This document shows, piece after piece, positions 37,601-50,160 of a stretch of 64,000 nt of DNA. Positions within the stretch are counted from its first letter, which is position 1; the number at the start of each line of letters is the position of its first letter. This stretch comes from Takakia lepidozioides. Its lineage: Eukaryota > Plantae > Bryophyta. The notes below the pieces were generated by a model. It had not been told where the DNA came from, did no database searches, and worked only from the letters and a program-made list of their open reading frames with translations. The stretch spans positions 44,020,001 through 44,084,000 of the forward strand of contig CM060732.1 of assembly GCA_030704615.1 (NCBI GenBank), written 5' to 3'. A program made the position numbers and the translations under genes.

Positions 37601-38344
37601 TTTTTTCGGGAGTGTCCTTTGTTGGCACTCATGACGAGGTTAATTATTGTGAAATTAAATTAACCAGGGACTTCCTGTTCCCAAAAAAATAAAAAATAAT
37701 CTCTGAAAAATAATTGGAAAAATAATAGTGGTTGTGGGTTCAAACCACATGTTATGATAAAACTAAAAGTATTCACTTCCCACTTGAAGGTAGTAAGTTA
37801 GGGGGGTCAAGTTACACCATAAGTTACGCTTGCTTCAACAACCAGTGCACATATTTTTATTTTCCCTCCTCCTTGAGAGAACTACTTAACTGCGACGAGT
37901 CAAGGGGGTCCATCCCAAGTCCCATTGAAAAAGCAATCAGCAAGATCAGATATGTTTAATGTCGACTTTCCAAAGTCCATAAGGACCTTCCATCACCTTT
38001 CTGAGTTCATCCATCCATCCACCCTTCCCATCACCTTTCTAAGTTCATCCATCCATCTTCCAAATAAGCACGTTAGCACCTCTCTAAGTTCATCCATCCA
38101 TCGTCCCATATAAGCACATCGAAAAAGATTAGATCTTGCGGGGACACAGCAAAGTAAATTAGGGCATCATTTCAGGCCAAGGACGAATGCCTTCTGTTGT
38201 CGAGGTGGACAGCGCAACGTACCAGATGATGTTTAAAGCGATTATCACATGGGGCGGAACGGATGGAGCTCGGGGATGAATGATTACTGGATTTTACAGA
38301 GGGGAAATTTCAAAGTGAGAGAGAGTAGTGGGGGCGGACTGAAA

Positions 38345-41300
38345 ATGGACACGTGGCGACAACCACAAGGGCCACGTATCCATAACCGTCACAAGTCGGT
38401 TGAAGCAGCGAGGCAGTTACACCCACTGAATCCAGTCCGTTCATGTTCCCGATCCGGACATGCGGTCCGTTAGATGCGGATCAGTTGGGGCGCCCTGCGT
38501 CCTTTGACGGTCTTGGCACCATCTCCAGGGTTGCAGCTCTAGTGCTGTGCGAGCTCTGGGAATCACAAAGCCGTCGTCCTCACACATCGGATCACATCGC
38601 TCGATTTGTTGTAGAGTTTTTCGGAATCTGCATGCATGATTTCCAAGCTAATGCCGCTGTTGTGGTGCTTGCGAGATTGAGGACGACAGAAAGACGAGTA
38701 ATTGAGGTTTGTGGTTGCAAGCGGCAACTCTGATCTTGTCGGGGAAGCTGCAGAAGGATGAAGGGAAGTGAAGCTGCTTGAAAGACTAGGAGCTCAAGAT
38801 CAATGTCCGTGAAGGATTCGCAAGAGAACGCAAGGGCATTGTGTCCTTAGCACGCTCCAGCCCTAGACTACATATTGCTCATGACCACCAACGTACACAC
38901 CTCTGAGCTGGATGCAACATTTTGGCTGGAGCTTTGAAGGTATTGGGGCACCTGTGATCGGGGATAGCTGTAGCTCTAAGTGTACATCTCGTCAAATGTA
39001 CTGACGCACATTGATATAGCTTCAGTCTGTATGTAAGTAAATGCTCAGTACATGTTGCATCGACTTTCATGAGATCGTCGTTGTGTTTTTCAAGTGCGGT
39101 GGAGGTTCCTGGGTTCCTGGTTCCTGGGTAAGGGGAAAGTTTTGTGCGAAGCTTTGGATGGATAACATTTGGAGCATGTGCAGCATATCTCCCTGCCATC
39201 AAATTGATGTTGGAGTGAAGGACCTGATCTGTGTATACATTTAAGCTCACTTCACATGATCGCATACATCAACATTACATGAAGGGTATGATTGGCTGCA
39301 AGAAGTCTCTCCTGCAAGAAAGACTAGGAAGTAGCACAGTGCACGGGTGTGTACAACAGATTCCGTACTCCCGGATGAAGAAGGAAGAGTGAGAGAAGGC
39401 CTGCGATGTGGAACCCCTCACGCAGAAGATGGAGAACAGTGCATCACTCAAGAAGCTGAAGAGAGAGGCAGCGCAGCGGCGCAAGGCTCACGCGCGATCC
39501 CTCAAGCTGCGTGCCGAAGAGCAAGAACGCCTGCAGCGCCTGGTCATCCCCACACCTTTTCATAATTCCTAAGTTACCGGTTGCCCCAAAGTTTCCACAC
39601 CCTCCAGGCGAACACCCGGCCGCCAGCCTCCAACCCGGTCCAATCCATGACGGGGTTGTGGCGAGGACATGTTTACAGTCGCAAGCTTCTATAAGTGCAT
39701 ACCAAACCGACATAATTTAGATCGAGTTGTCCAAATCTAGAAGAAATAGAGAGAAGGATAATTCCTGCCGCAAGAATTCCAGTCTGGACACGGTCTTTAT
39801 TATAGGTTTGGGCCTGTCCACACGTTATCCACTGAATGGGTAGTCCTGATGTGTGGGAGGTGGCGATCGCAACAGCTATGAGGCTGTCAAATCCTTCTAC
39901 AATTTACAGACCTACCAGCGGAGGCGCTATCCCGAGATGAAGCCGTGGTGCAACCTAGCAATTTATCCTCTTAAGCGAAATGCTTCTCTTTTTGTGGATT
40001 GCAGCCACAGGTTTGTTGCTCAAGCATAGGTAGATCTTTGTACCCAAGTTCTCAGATGACAGATTGATCTGATCACTCTGTAGTTCGGGGAATTCGATAC
40101 AGTAATATGCATTTCGCCCTTAAACCTCGGGCAATGCTCATGTTTGTTTAACACGGTGCGTTACTATGTTCTCGAGCTCAGGAGAGTTATCAAGATCCTT
40201 CATGGCAGGTGTGAGGTTTTCTGACTTCGCATGTGAACTCGTACCAAAAATTGTAACTTGGGCCCGTACGATTTCAGGAAATTGATGCATTGGTGGAGCA
40301 GCAACGCCTGCAGAGATTGGAGCGCCAACGATGTGAGGAAGATGCAGCCCGGGTAGCTCAGGAAGCAGCTGTCACGGTGCACCAGCAAAGCGATGGTAAG
40401 TTATGCAAAGCTCCCAAGCAGCTGGTGGACCGAACTTGCATGGAGGATAAGAAGGGCAAGGATGTGGTAGGCTGCCGTGGCAAGGAAGCCCAACGTGCCA
40501 AGCAAGCACAACAGCAGAGCATACGTGCTGCCGTGGAGAGTCGACGGAGGCTTGCGCGAGGACCCAGGAGCGGGGTGGTGCCCGACTCGCATGGGGCCAC
40601 TCCCATGTTGCCCTCCGAGGACCACCGCGTGGTGAGCACCGAGTATCAAGCTGCTGGCACGCAAGCGTTGATGCGAGTCACTTTGCTGGCAGCAGGGTTT
40701 GTGATTGGGGCGCGCGGTATCTCCGCACGCTTGATTGGGCAGGTCACGGGTGCAATCGTCCAGTCCTGGACAGAGTCTTGCAGGTACCTCTACTCTTGCC
40801 AAGTTACACGGTAAACTGCATGCATACCTGATTTTGAGAACTTTAGGCACTGTACATACTTGCGACCTGATCTGGACAGCTGATTGCAAAGTCCCCGCAA
40901 TGTTATGTACTGTATGTACACATCACTGTCTCCTGCAGCCTTTCACAAATTTTTCAGAGGACTAGTTGACTCCGCTCGAGAAGTATCGATCATACATGAT
41001 GTACATGGGTCAAGCGTCGAGACCTGCTTAACAGCGAAGTAACAAATCCAGATGGTAAAATCATTGACGCAGACCCGATTCAGTGCCCATCCGATTGTTT
41101 CGAATACAAGGCAAAAAGGCAGTGGTGCAGGCAGCAGTGGCCCTTATCGAGCATGCAGTGGCCAAGTACAAAGATCTATGTGATTGCAAGCGCCGGGGTG
41201 AGTTTGTACAGAGAGAGCACATCATCAATGGTGTGGAGTTCTACTACCAGCCTCCCCCACGGAAGGCATTTGCCATCACCGCAGACCAGCCTCCTACGTG

Positions 41301-43885
41301 TTGTACCAAGGCAGGTGCAGAGACAGCCCATGTGGGACAAGCCACTGCAGTGAACCCAGCACAGCTGCCATTCACTCCGCACCATGTTTGGCTGCAGCAC
41401 TTGCAGCAGCAGCACCAGGCGCAAGCCGCTGCTCAGCAGCACAAGCAAGCTCAGGCCATCATGCATGCAGAGGCAACTCAGGTATACCTCCAAACTGTAC
41501 AATTTTGTACAGGTCTACACCTGAATTGGGGCTTCTAGATAGCTAGATTTCAATCAACTGTCACTTTCGTTGTACTTCTGGTTCTGCTGGGTGCTCGAAA
41601 TCCTAATCAGTTCTCTTCTACTTGGTCAATCTCAGGAAATTGTGAAACCCTGAATGTAAAGCCTTATATGAAAATTATGCTGTATCTGTAGACCTTCATG
41701 CTGAATGACCAGTTTTGGCTAGCCCTGGCAATTTGTTTCAAAAGTGAAAATTGTAAGACTGCGCAGGTGTTGGATGGGCATGGCCAGAACCACCGAACAC
41801 TGGTGCAGCCGCAGCAAGCTAGCTTCTTCGATTGGCAGGCCCAGCAGGCGCAGGTATTAAGGAAGCTGTATTGTCTTGGCATTAAGTTTCTCCCCCAGGG
41901 GGTTCCGTTGAACATTGAATCCCTAATTCGGAATGTACATGATTTGGATCAGACATCTATTGATTTTGCGACTGTGTAGGTTCACAGTTGCAATTTACTG
42001 TAAGACTAAAGAGCAAGCTGTGCAATTATGCATTTGGCATCATTCAGATTGTCCAGTACCCCACCTTGACTACACTGTACACACGTGTTTCGGATTCCAA
42101 GTTGTGCCTCGTCCATCTCATAACCCAGTTCTCCTCGAGTTATAACATCAATAGAAAACGGTGCTGGGGAGAGGGCGGGTTCAGCAGCAGGTGACACAAC
42201 AGCAGCAGAAAGGGGAGTCTGAAAGAGACGAGTCCTGTGCAACAGAGTTGGAATTAATGGATCAGGGTCTGCAGCAGTCTGTGGCGTCGCTCGAGCAAGC
42301 ACTGCAACAGGTGCGACTGGAGCAACGCCTGCTGCAACACAACAGAGGAGTGGCGGATTCTGCCGACCGCAATAGCAAGCCCAGCGAGAACAGTCTTTGG
42401 TCGGAGGGGACCCACGAGAGGGGGAGCAATGTCCCAGGGTCCTTTCAGTTGGGCCCCAGTTTGTTCAGCATTTTTGGCAACGGAGGCCTGCCGCAATTGC
42501 CCAATATTTCCCAGGATGGCCGATCGGATGCATCGAATGTCGCTCTCTTGAACTGCACATCCGCATCAACAACCCCGTTTGATTTCCCCAGATGTGATTT
42601 TCTGAGGGAGAGTCTACCAGCCTTTCCCTTTGCACCAAGAGAGGCCGGGTTACCTGAATACAGTCTGTACGGGTCACCTAACAAGATTGATTCAGACGAC
42701 AGCCTTTGCATTGTTTGCCTTGAGCAGCCTGCAGGAGTGCGCCTAATGGTATGCATCAGCCACCTCTTTTCCTCTTTTCCTTGTATCCTGCAGCCTTCTC
42801 CTTGCTGGCCAAGTAGAATGTTTGAGCTTGTGCGTGCCTGCTCACATCCTTCGAAGCAATAAAATACACACACTCACATATCCATCATATTATTGAGGGC
42901 AGACACTATAAATGCTCAATGTGTACTGATCCACACGAGTTCTGTGGGGCAGAGATTGATAACGAGGCTGTACCAAAGATCAGTTACAGACCCCCTTTTT
43001 CTTTGTGCCTTCCATTATCTGAACTTAGACCCAAATTTACATGGATCTCTCTCAGATATTCCGATCAATTGATTGCTAGTTACGGAAGTCTGTTGCCTTA
43101 CAGTATCATGCTTTTTCATTTGTGTCATAAACTCTTCGAGATTCCACTGGTGGTTATAAAAACTCTTTCTTTCAGGACTTGAAGGGTGTTTAGAGACACA
43201 GAACTGGTCAGAGCTGATGAGGGCAATGTTGTGCACGCACAGACTTGCGGGCACACATCGTTTTGTTTGTCATGTGTGCAGGGGCTGGTCAATTGCCCGC
43301 TGTGCCGCGAGAAGATTGTGGGCCTGCATCACACGCGCAAGCAAGCGGCCGCTGCTGCACAGCCCGGCGCCCCCACTGCTGCTGCTGCTGTTGTGGGTCC
43401 TAAACTCAATGGCTCGTCCTACCATTTGTGGAATTGGGTTCCTGGCGCGTCTGTATGAGGTGAGAAGACTCCTGCCGAAGCCAGCGTAAATAAGAACTGC
43501 TTCCATATGAGGCAGCTGCGTGTTATCCCACGTCGTTTCCACCACAGCAGTGGAACACCGGAATATTTTTTCGTGGTCCAAGCTTTGAAACCATGGTGGG
43601 TGCTCTTATGCAATGTTGCCCCTCCTTTCCTTGGAACATGCGGTAAGGATGTTTCGTTGGTGCTTGCTGTACAGAGATGCTCATCTTCAAGGAGCGTTCT
43701 AGAGTTGCAATGGTTTGATTTCCAAGCTCGACGAATTTATTGCTCGCACTAGTGATCCTGTATCGTGGGCATTGACTGATCTGCCCTGTAGGACATTTAA
43801 ATTCCTGCAAGTTGAAAGATCAGTGCATATGAAGTAGACGGACATTGGAGGGAGCAGAGGATTTCCCGCAAGTTGAAAGATTAGT
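38345..43885 (+). repeat. Right arm of the inverted duplication
   Basis: Reverse complement of ~19950-25950. Confidence 0.9.
39429..43458 (+). CDS. KH-domain + C3HC4 RING protein (MEX3-like architecture), copy B, apparently intact
   Basis: Phase-compatible exons 39429-39542, 40278-40783, 41073-41481, 41767-41853, 42155-42748 and 43243-43458 with GT-AG introns; GxxG loop GARG; RING CIVC...CGH..FC..C...CPLC. The start codon is uncertain. Confidence 0.8.
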
Positions 43886-44976
43886 ATGAAGTAGGCAAGA
43901 GATTTAAGGCAAAGGGACCGTTATACATACTGGGGTTGGCGATGACACTGGAGCGTCCAAGGCCTGGCTTTCCCTGTCCATTTTAGTTTAGTACAAGACC
44001 TTGTGAAGCAGCCATGGAGCGGGCAATAGACTGCTCAATTTTGAAGGCACCTGGCCATTGAATTTGTATTGTAAACTGACTGCCCTCAAAAGTTTGAAGG
44101 GTGACAAAAAAACCAAAATCCTCAATTGTTTGTTACATGTCTCCAATATCTTCGCTACTGCAACAGGTGTAAGCCTTCTTGACCAAGAATGAAATGCCAA
44201 CAGCAATGTACAATTATTCACACGAGAACATTGCGAACGGCAAAACCCACTGATCCACCAGGGAACTACCTCTACTGGTAGCCCAAGTAATCCATGCAAC
44301 TTCAGAGACCCCATGATCCTCCCATGATTCATTTGGGGGTAACTTATACTCGGTCACAGTTGAAAAATGCGTTATTGAGATTGTCTCTTGGGGCTGGTCA
44401 AGACACGGGCTCGTATAATTTGAACGACGTTGAAGACTTCCAATTTCTGCTGGTGGTGTCACGGATCATGACGGGTACCTGCACGGGCAACTCACATGTG
44501 AATGTTGGACAGGTACTGGATGGGCACATGTGGCCACGAACTTTGGTGCAGCAGCATGCTAGCTTCTTCCATTGGCAGGCCCAAGTACTAATGCGGTGTG
44601 TTATTTGCAATGGGCTTTCCCAGTTTTGTTCGAGTGACATCGAAAATTTTGTGGGGTTAAATCTAGATTCTTGACACTGCACAGAGAACAAACAAACAGT
44701 TGTGCAAATCTGACACAAATGGCCAAACGACTAGTTTAGGTCTGTCTCTGACGCTCCTGTTTGCTGCTGTTGTAACATCTGCTGCTGCACTCCGGTTACG
44801 ACGAGGTAGTAGAAACGAATTAGACGAGTCCTTGTAAGGGAGTTGGAGTTGATGGATCAGGGCCCGTGGCAGTCAGCAACAGCAAGCCCAGCGAGAACAG
44901 TCTTTGGTCGGAAGCGACCAATGAGAGAGGGTAGCAATATCCCAGGATCCTTCCGGTTGGGCCCCAGTTGGTTCAG

Positions 44977-46155
44977 TTTTTCTTCGTAGCTCCGCATGGG
45001 AAAGGAAGAGATTTATTCAACAGAACCACGAACCCTCCGAGGAGAAAGAAAATAGGAAGCAAGGAAATGCCACTTCAACCTACCCAGTCCAAATCCCACC
45101 TGCGTGAGAGGCCCAACAAACAATGAACACTTGTTCCAAGGTAGCTGGAGTCTCGAAACTTCTGCTGGCAGCATGGCTCACCAGGTGAGACTGAGACTAC
45201 TGTGCTCGACCAGCACTAAAAGTGTTCATCATCCTAGCCACCTCCCAATCCGCGATCAGAGTGTGTGAAGGAGGAGCATATTTACAAGAAGGGCCATTGG
45301 TCGTACAGAAAGGGGAACCTGCAAGTTTGCCTGAAGCGAACTCAAGCCTGTTTTGCAAACTCGAACTCCCAAAGGCAGTGCCTTGCACTGTCAGAACCCC
45401 CAAATGACAAACACGACAAAGAGAGGAGTGACCCATCCTCTCCCTCCAATTCCCTGTAGGAAGCCCTCCAATCATGGTAAACCTGAGGAAAGTGGAAACT
45501 TTGGGGGCTCTCCAAACTCTGCACCAAATCAGAAACCTCTCTTGTTGGTTAAAACCCTTGTTTAACAGAATCTCTGAAGGCTTCGTCTGACATGCTCGAG
45601 CCCACAAACCGATGTTACAGCCCAAAGTGAGTAGCCAAAAACCCCACATGTTGGAACTGCATAAAATCCTGGCCACCGCCACTCCCCTGGATCCCACGAA
45701 ACATCGCTGATAAAACCATGATTGAACAGCCACACTGACGTCCCTTCGCCAGATGTGAATTTCCATTCGTCCAGAGAAACTCTCTTCTCTTGTGCATGCC
45801 ACCCTAAAACTCGTACCCACTCAAGTTGCTAAAGTGGAAGACGTTCAAGCCTTGTAGAAACTCTTAGCAAGAGTTGGGAATGAGGTGAATGTCTCAAGTA
45901 CTTTATCCCCATTGCTAATTTGACCTGAACATGGAAGACCTTGGACATCCACATTTGATGGAGTGCATGTAGCCAACCAATCGCCAAGTTGAATATCTCT
46001 CGGGTGGGCTCTCCTTGGTCCCCATGCTCCTGGAATTGTAGTGATTGCCTCCACTCTCCTCTCCACAATTCCCCTCTTTCCTAGTTGTAGGACCAAATCC
46101 TGCGTTGTGCGCCAATCATCCTTGTCTGGCCGCAAGTTCCCAACTCGACAACTCA
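44977..46155 (-). mobile_element. 5'-truncated L1-like LINE 3' end
   Basis: zf-RVT-like segment IW...WRAPKVSTFL...GLPTG...LCRVC; AATAAA and a short A-tail on the minus strand near 44977-45017; it splits the pseudogene exon. Confidence 0.65.
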
Positions 46156-46351
46156 ACATTTTCCTGCCGCAATTGCCCAATATTTCCCAGAATAGCCGGT
46201 CAGATGCATCGAATTTCGCTCTATGAAACTGCACTTCGTAGTAACATAATTTGACTTCCTTAAAAATGGAATCGTCATACACCTTGACTGAATTGAATTG
46301 CAATTTTTACTTCAAAGTGCTTAAGAACAGAGATGAGGCATGAATGCCCCA

Positions 46352-46634
46352 CGTTAAAAGTAGGTGTGGCGGATTCTGCCACTTTTTCAGCCTAATTCTC
46401 AGGCCGAATCGGCCATCCAGGGCAGAATCGGCAGGGATGGCCGATTACGCACAGAGGACGGCAAACCTACCACTGAGGGCCGTGTCATCAGCCATGAACC
46501 CACGCCTTCCCATGAGGCTCGCCCCGTTCATATCCTCTCCGGGGCTCTGAATCTGGGCAATCAATGTGGGATAATCGAACCTCAATCATATTGCGCCATG
46601 TAGCGGCGAGAATCCGCCACACCTGCTTTTAACG
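46352..46634. mobile_element. MITE-like element with 26-bp inverted repeats
   Basis: CGTTAAAAGTAGGTGTGGCGGATTCT (46352-46377) versus its reverse complement at 46609-46634, 1 mismatch. Confidence 0.7.
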
Positions 46635-46762
46635 CCAGTGAACGGGCCGCGTTGGCCGACTCTGCCTTGTAAGCGGCCTTTGGGCCCTGTGCTCGCGCGG
46701 CCATAGGGCTCGCGCAAAGGCCGCTTACAGGCCAGAATCGGCCAACGCGGCCAGTTCTCTAG
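46635..46762. repeat. GC-rich fold-back palindrome ending in CTAG
   Basis: 38-bp arms 46645-46682 and 46715-46752 with 3 mismatches, extendable to CCAG...CTAG. Confidence 0.85.
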
Positions 46763-47399
46763 TACAAAGGAGCCTAGAGAAAGGAAAGAAAATAATAAAA
46801 AACAACTTAAAGCTCAAGAATGGCACCATATGCCATTAGGCCAAGTTGTGGGCCCTCTCCATAAGGAGGTTCAATCAAGACTTGCTTCATACCATTGATG
46901 AAGGTTCCTCTCCTCATGAGGGTCGATACTCCAAAACCAGTTTACAAAAATTACTCCCAGGGGTTTGGGTGGGTGGGATAATAAATTAGGTAGCAAGGAG
47001 GCACAAAGAAGTAAAATCTGCTGATAGTTCTTTGTTGTGCCAGTAGATCTCTTATAGCAACTGGTCAGTTGCTGATCGAGCTCCAGTCAAGCTCTATCAT
47101 CATATCGACGTAACTACATCCCACTCCCACACCTTCCCACTTTCCCACTACCTGGTCAATGGTCATTGTACAAATCTTTGACAGGAAATTTTGAAAGTTT
47201 ATCATGTATTATTTACTACGAACTTTAAATTGTCACTTATTTCAATCGTTACAATTTTTCATATCTGAGTAAACAACCCCATTTGATTTTCTCAGATGTG
47301 ATACCAACCTTTACTTCGCGGCACCAAGAAAGGCCGGGATACCTCAAAACAGTCTGCATTGTTCGCCTTGAGCAGCCTCCAAGACTCGTGCGCACTCCA

Positions 47400-50160
47400 C
47401 ATTCCCCCCCCTCTGCTCGTCGAATTCCAGTCTCTAGCCTATTACATCGAGATCATTCGAAGAATAGGTTTCGGGAATGTCCATGCATTACTAAAACTGA
47501 ATTCTTTTCGCCAATCGGCTCATGGTGAATGCTCACTTATGCTCACAATGCAAGCATCGGGGCTCTGTTGAACCACAAGGGTACTTCAGCCTTCGCCACG
47601 AGACGGTGTTTAGTTTACTCTCCAAAGGAAAGACAGTATGTTCAGGATGAAGTGACTGCACGAGAGTTTTTCTTGCATTCTCTCTTATATGGTTCAATAT
47701 TTCTCTGTATTCATATACCGAACGCAAAGTGGAAAGGTACCTAGAGAAGTTTTACGTCGACATTCCTCTCATCCCGAGCTTAAAACGGATGTTCAGAGTG
47801 AAGTCGATTGTAGAACTCGTGACTTGGCCTATAAGAGAAGGGAGCACCAATGGGTTGGTCAGACATCTTGCTGTTTGGAAGGAGTGGGCCCATATTGATA
47901 GGACCTGGCCGGAGCAAAGCCAAGGAACATTATGCTTGCATTGGCATTGGATGGAGCGAGAGCGAACCCATACGGTAATCCACCAATTGGTTGACTTGGC
48001 CCGTCCTTATGGTTAGTTACAATCAGCGATTTTTCTATTGGCGAATTTTCACCAGATTTCGACCTCAAAAAATAAAATGGAATATTCTTTTGCAAATTCC
48101 TTGTTTCTTCATGGATGAAATCGCCAAACTTCTCCAAATAAAAAATAAATTAATGGATGAATTCACCAAATATGGATTACATAAATGAATTAAAGTACAG
48201 AGGTGGATGATTCAATCCTAAATTCAGTGGATGAACATAATGTACGGCTATTTTTTGCAAAACTTTGTAGCCACTCGTGTTGTGTTCCAGATTTCAGAAA
48301 AAAATACTGGTTACAATCTGTCTCCTTGGTTCTTTTATTTTATTTTATAACGTTGACATTGCTCAATCCTTAAAAAAGTGAAAAGTGAAATGTTGGTGTG
48401 TATCTACAACCATAGGAACTCCAACAATTGTGGGCAAGAGTGCTTGCTCACGATGTATCTATGCTTTGGGGAGACCGCGCATTCACACTGAGAGCAATTT
48501 TGATGTGGTCAGTTCACAACTTTCTGGCATATAGTTTGATAGCAAGCCAAGTCATAAAAGGGTATGTTGGGTGTCCAGCCTATAGGACTCATACAGATAC
48601 ATACATATCTTAGACACAAGAGATATCTTCCCCTGAATCACCCAATGGCATACAGAAGCTTGAAAGTCTTCAATGGTCCACTAAGGAGAGACGTGCTCCA
48701 ATCCCATTGACCGGAACTGAAATATAGGATAGGAAAATTGACACAATGCATTGTGAGAAGAACTTGTGTGAAAACATTATATCCAAACTATCGTTGGCGA
48801 GAAGGAGAGTCCGAGTGTACACCGTGACTTGGAGCCTATACATGGTCTATGTCGCACACTATGGTTGAAAAAACATCTGACCAAAGCAGATATTGTAATA
48901 ATGCCTGGAGCTCCTTATGTGCTAACAAAAGATGAAACTGAAGAGTTCTTTGTATAAATCATTAAAGGCGGCTACGTAGCATATGTGAATGCACATACTA
49001 CATTAAAGCTGGATATGCATGCCGCCCCAAAGAGTGAGCAACGCAACAACAATTACGACTATGGCAGAATTAGTATATTTCAACGGATAATGTTGACCAT
49101 TCAGAAAGATACCACAAATGTGAAATTTGATACAAGCATGGAGCTCCAACGATGATTGAAAGTAGGCTGGTTGCATTTCCCTCCCCATTAAATGAGATTA
49201 AATGAGCAAATATAAGCGTTGGCTGCCTCTCATATGACTCTCATGACGTGATTCAGGTAGGTCGCAATGTAATGGGCAGTTAAATGAATATATATTGTCG
49301 ATGTGAAGGTTGGCGCAAAAGAAGCTGACACCTTTAATAAGGTACAATTGTTCTAGTAGGAATAGGGAAGTGCTGAACACTCTTTTCTTCCATGTGCATT
49401 CGAAGTATTTCACTCATAGTTTCATCGTCCTCATCTTCTCCTACGCTTTGGTTTGTCACTATTTCTCCCACGGAGATGGAACTCACATCATGGTTCGTGG
49501 ACTGAAATGAGCTTACTGCTGATCGTGGATAATGGGCAAGTATTGGAAATTGAAGGAGTTTAAGAAGAAAAGTAAATTGTAGCAGGGACTGTCAATGAAC
49601 CTCATATCAGATTTCATTGTCAGTGGACCTTATGTTCACACCTACAAGAAATTCCTGATGGCAACTCGGAAATTTTCTTTTCTTGACTTGTGCAGATCTT
49701 GTCAACAAGAAAGATCGTTGTATCATATAATTGTTTTGGAATTCAAATGAAATCTCAAATTTATCATGCATAAGTGTTGTCCATCTGCTTGACAGTGCAA
49801 CTACAACCACAAGTTATGTTACAATGTTATTAATCCAACCTCCACCGCCAATTAAACATGTAACATTTGGGATTGTGAGAGCACTTTGTATTAGGTCTAG
49901 TTTCATTCCTAGCTGAACAAAAGTCCACCACTTGGTTGTAGGATGTGTAGCTCCAATTTATTGTTACAATTCTTACTTCATGTGCTCTTACTGTGCAAAA
50001 AAAACATGGAGAAGTTGATCTCAAGCGACGAGCCAACCTTTGAAAATCTTATGAGATGAGGCCAGCACCGGAAGATAACATCAGCGAATATGAGAGGTTA
50101 AGGCTTGCTAACATTCAGAGGAACAATACTAAGATGGCATCACTTGGATTTGCAGCTTTG
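47400..50160 (+). mobile_element. CACTA (En/Spm) transposase remnants
   Basis: IPLIPSLKRMFR...GLVRH...WAHIDRTWP, TWPVLMVSYN, FTLRAILMWSVHNFLAY...GYVGCP, IDTMHCEKNLCENII; ORF2-like SEYERLRLANIQRNN..MASLG at ~50085-50150. Confidence 0.85.
48068..48303 (+). repeat. Dispersed repeat, also at 12730-12957, inserted in the CACTA transposase
   Basis: AAAATAAAATGGAATATTCTT...AATGTACGGCTA.TTTTTGCAAAACT..GTAG is shared. Confidence 0.85.

Larger units (their letters stand above)
44505..47381 (+). pseudogene. Third, fragmented copy of the KH-RING gene 3' exons, interrupted by nested insertions
   Basis: Collinear pieces at 44505-44590, 44815-44975, 46155-46235, 47277-47302 and 47351-47381 match copy B 41767-42730. 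Confidence 0.75.

Noticed and set aside
38345-38473. Conserved uORF upstream of the KH-RING genes
   Set aside because: The similarity is explained by the duplication, and copy A has TTG instead of ATG; more likely promoter sequence with a G-box (GACACGTGGC).
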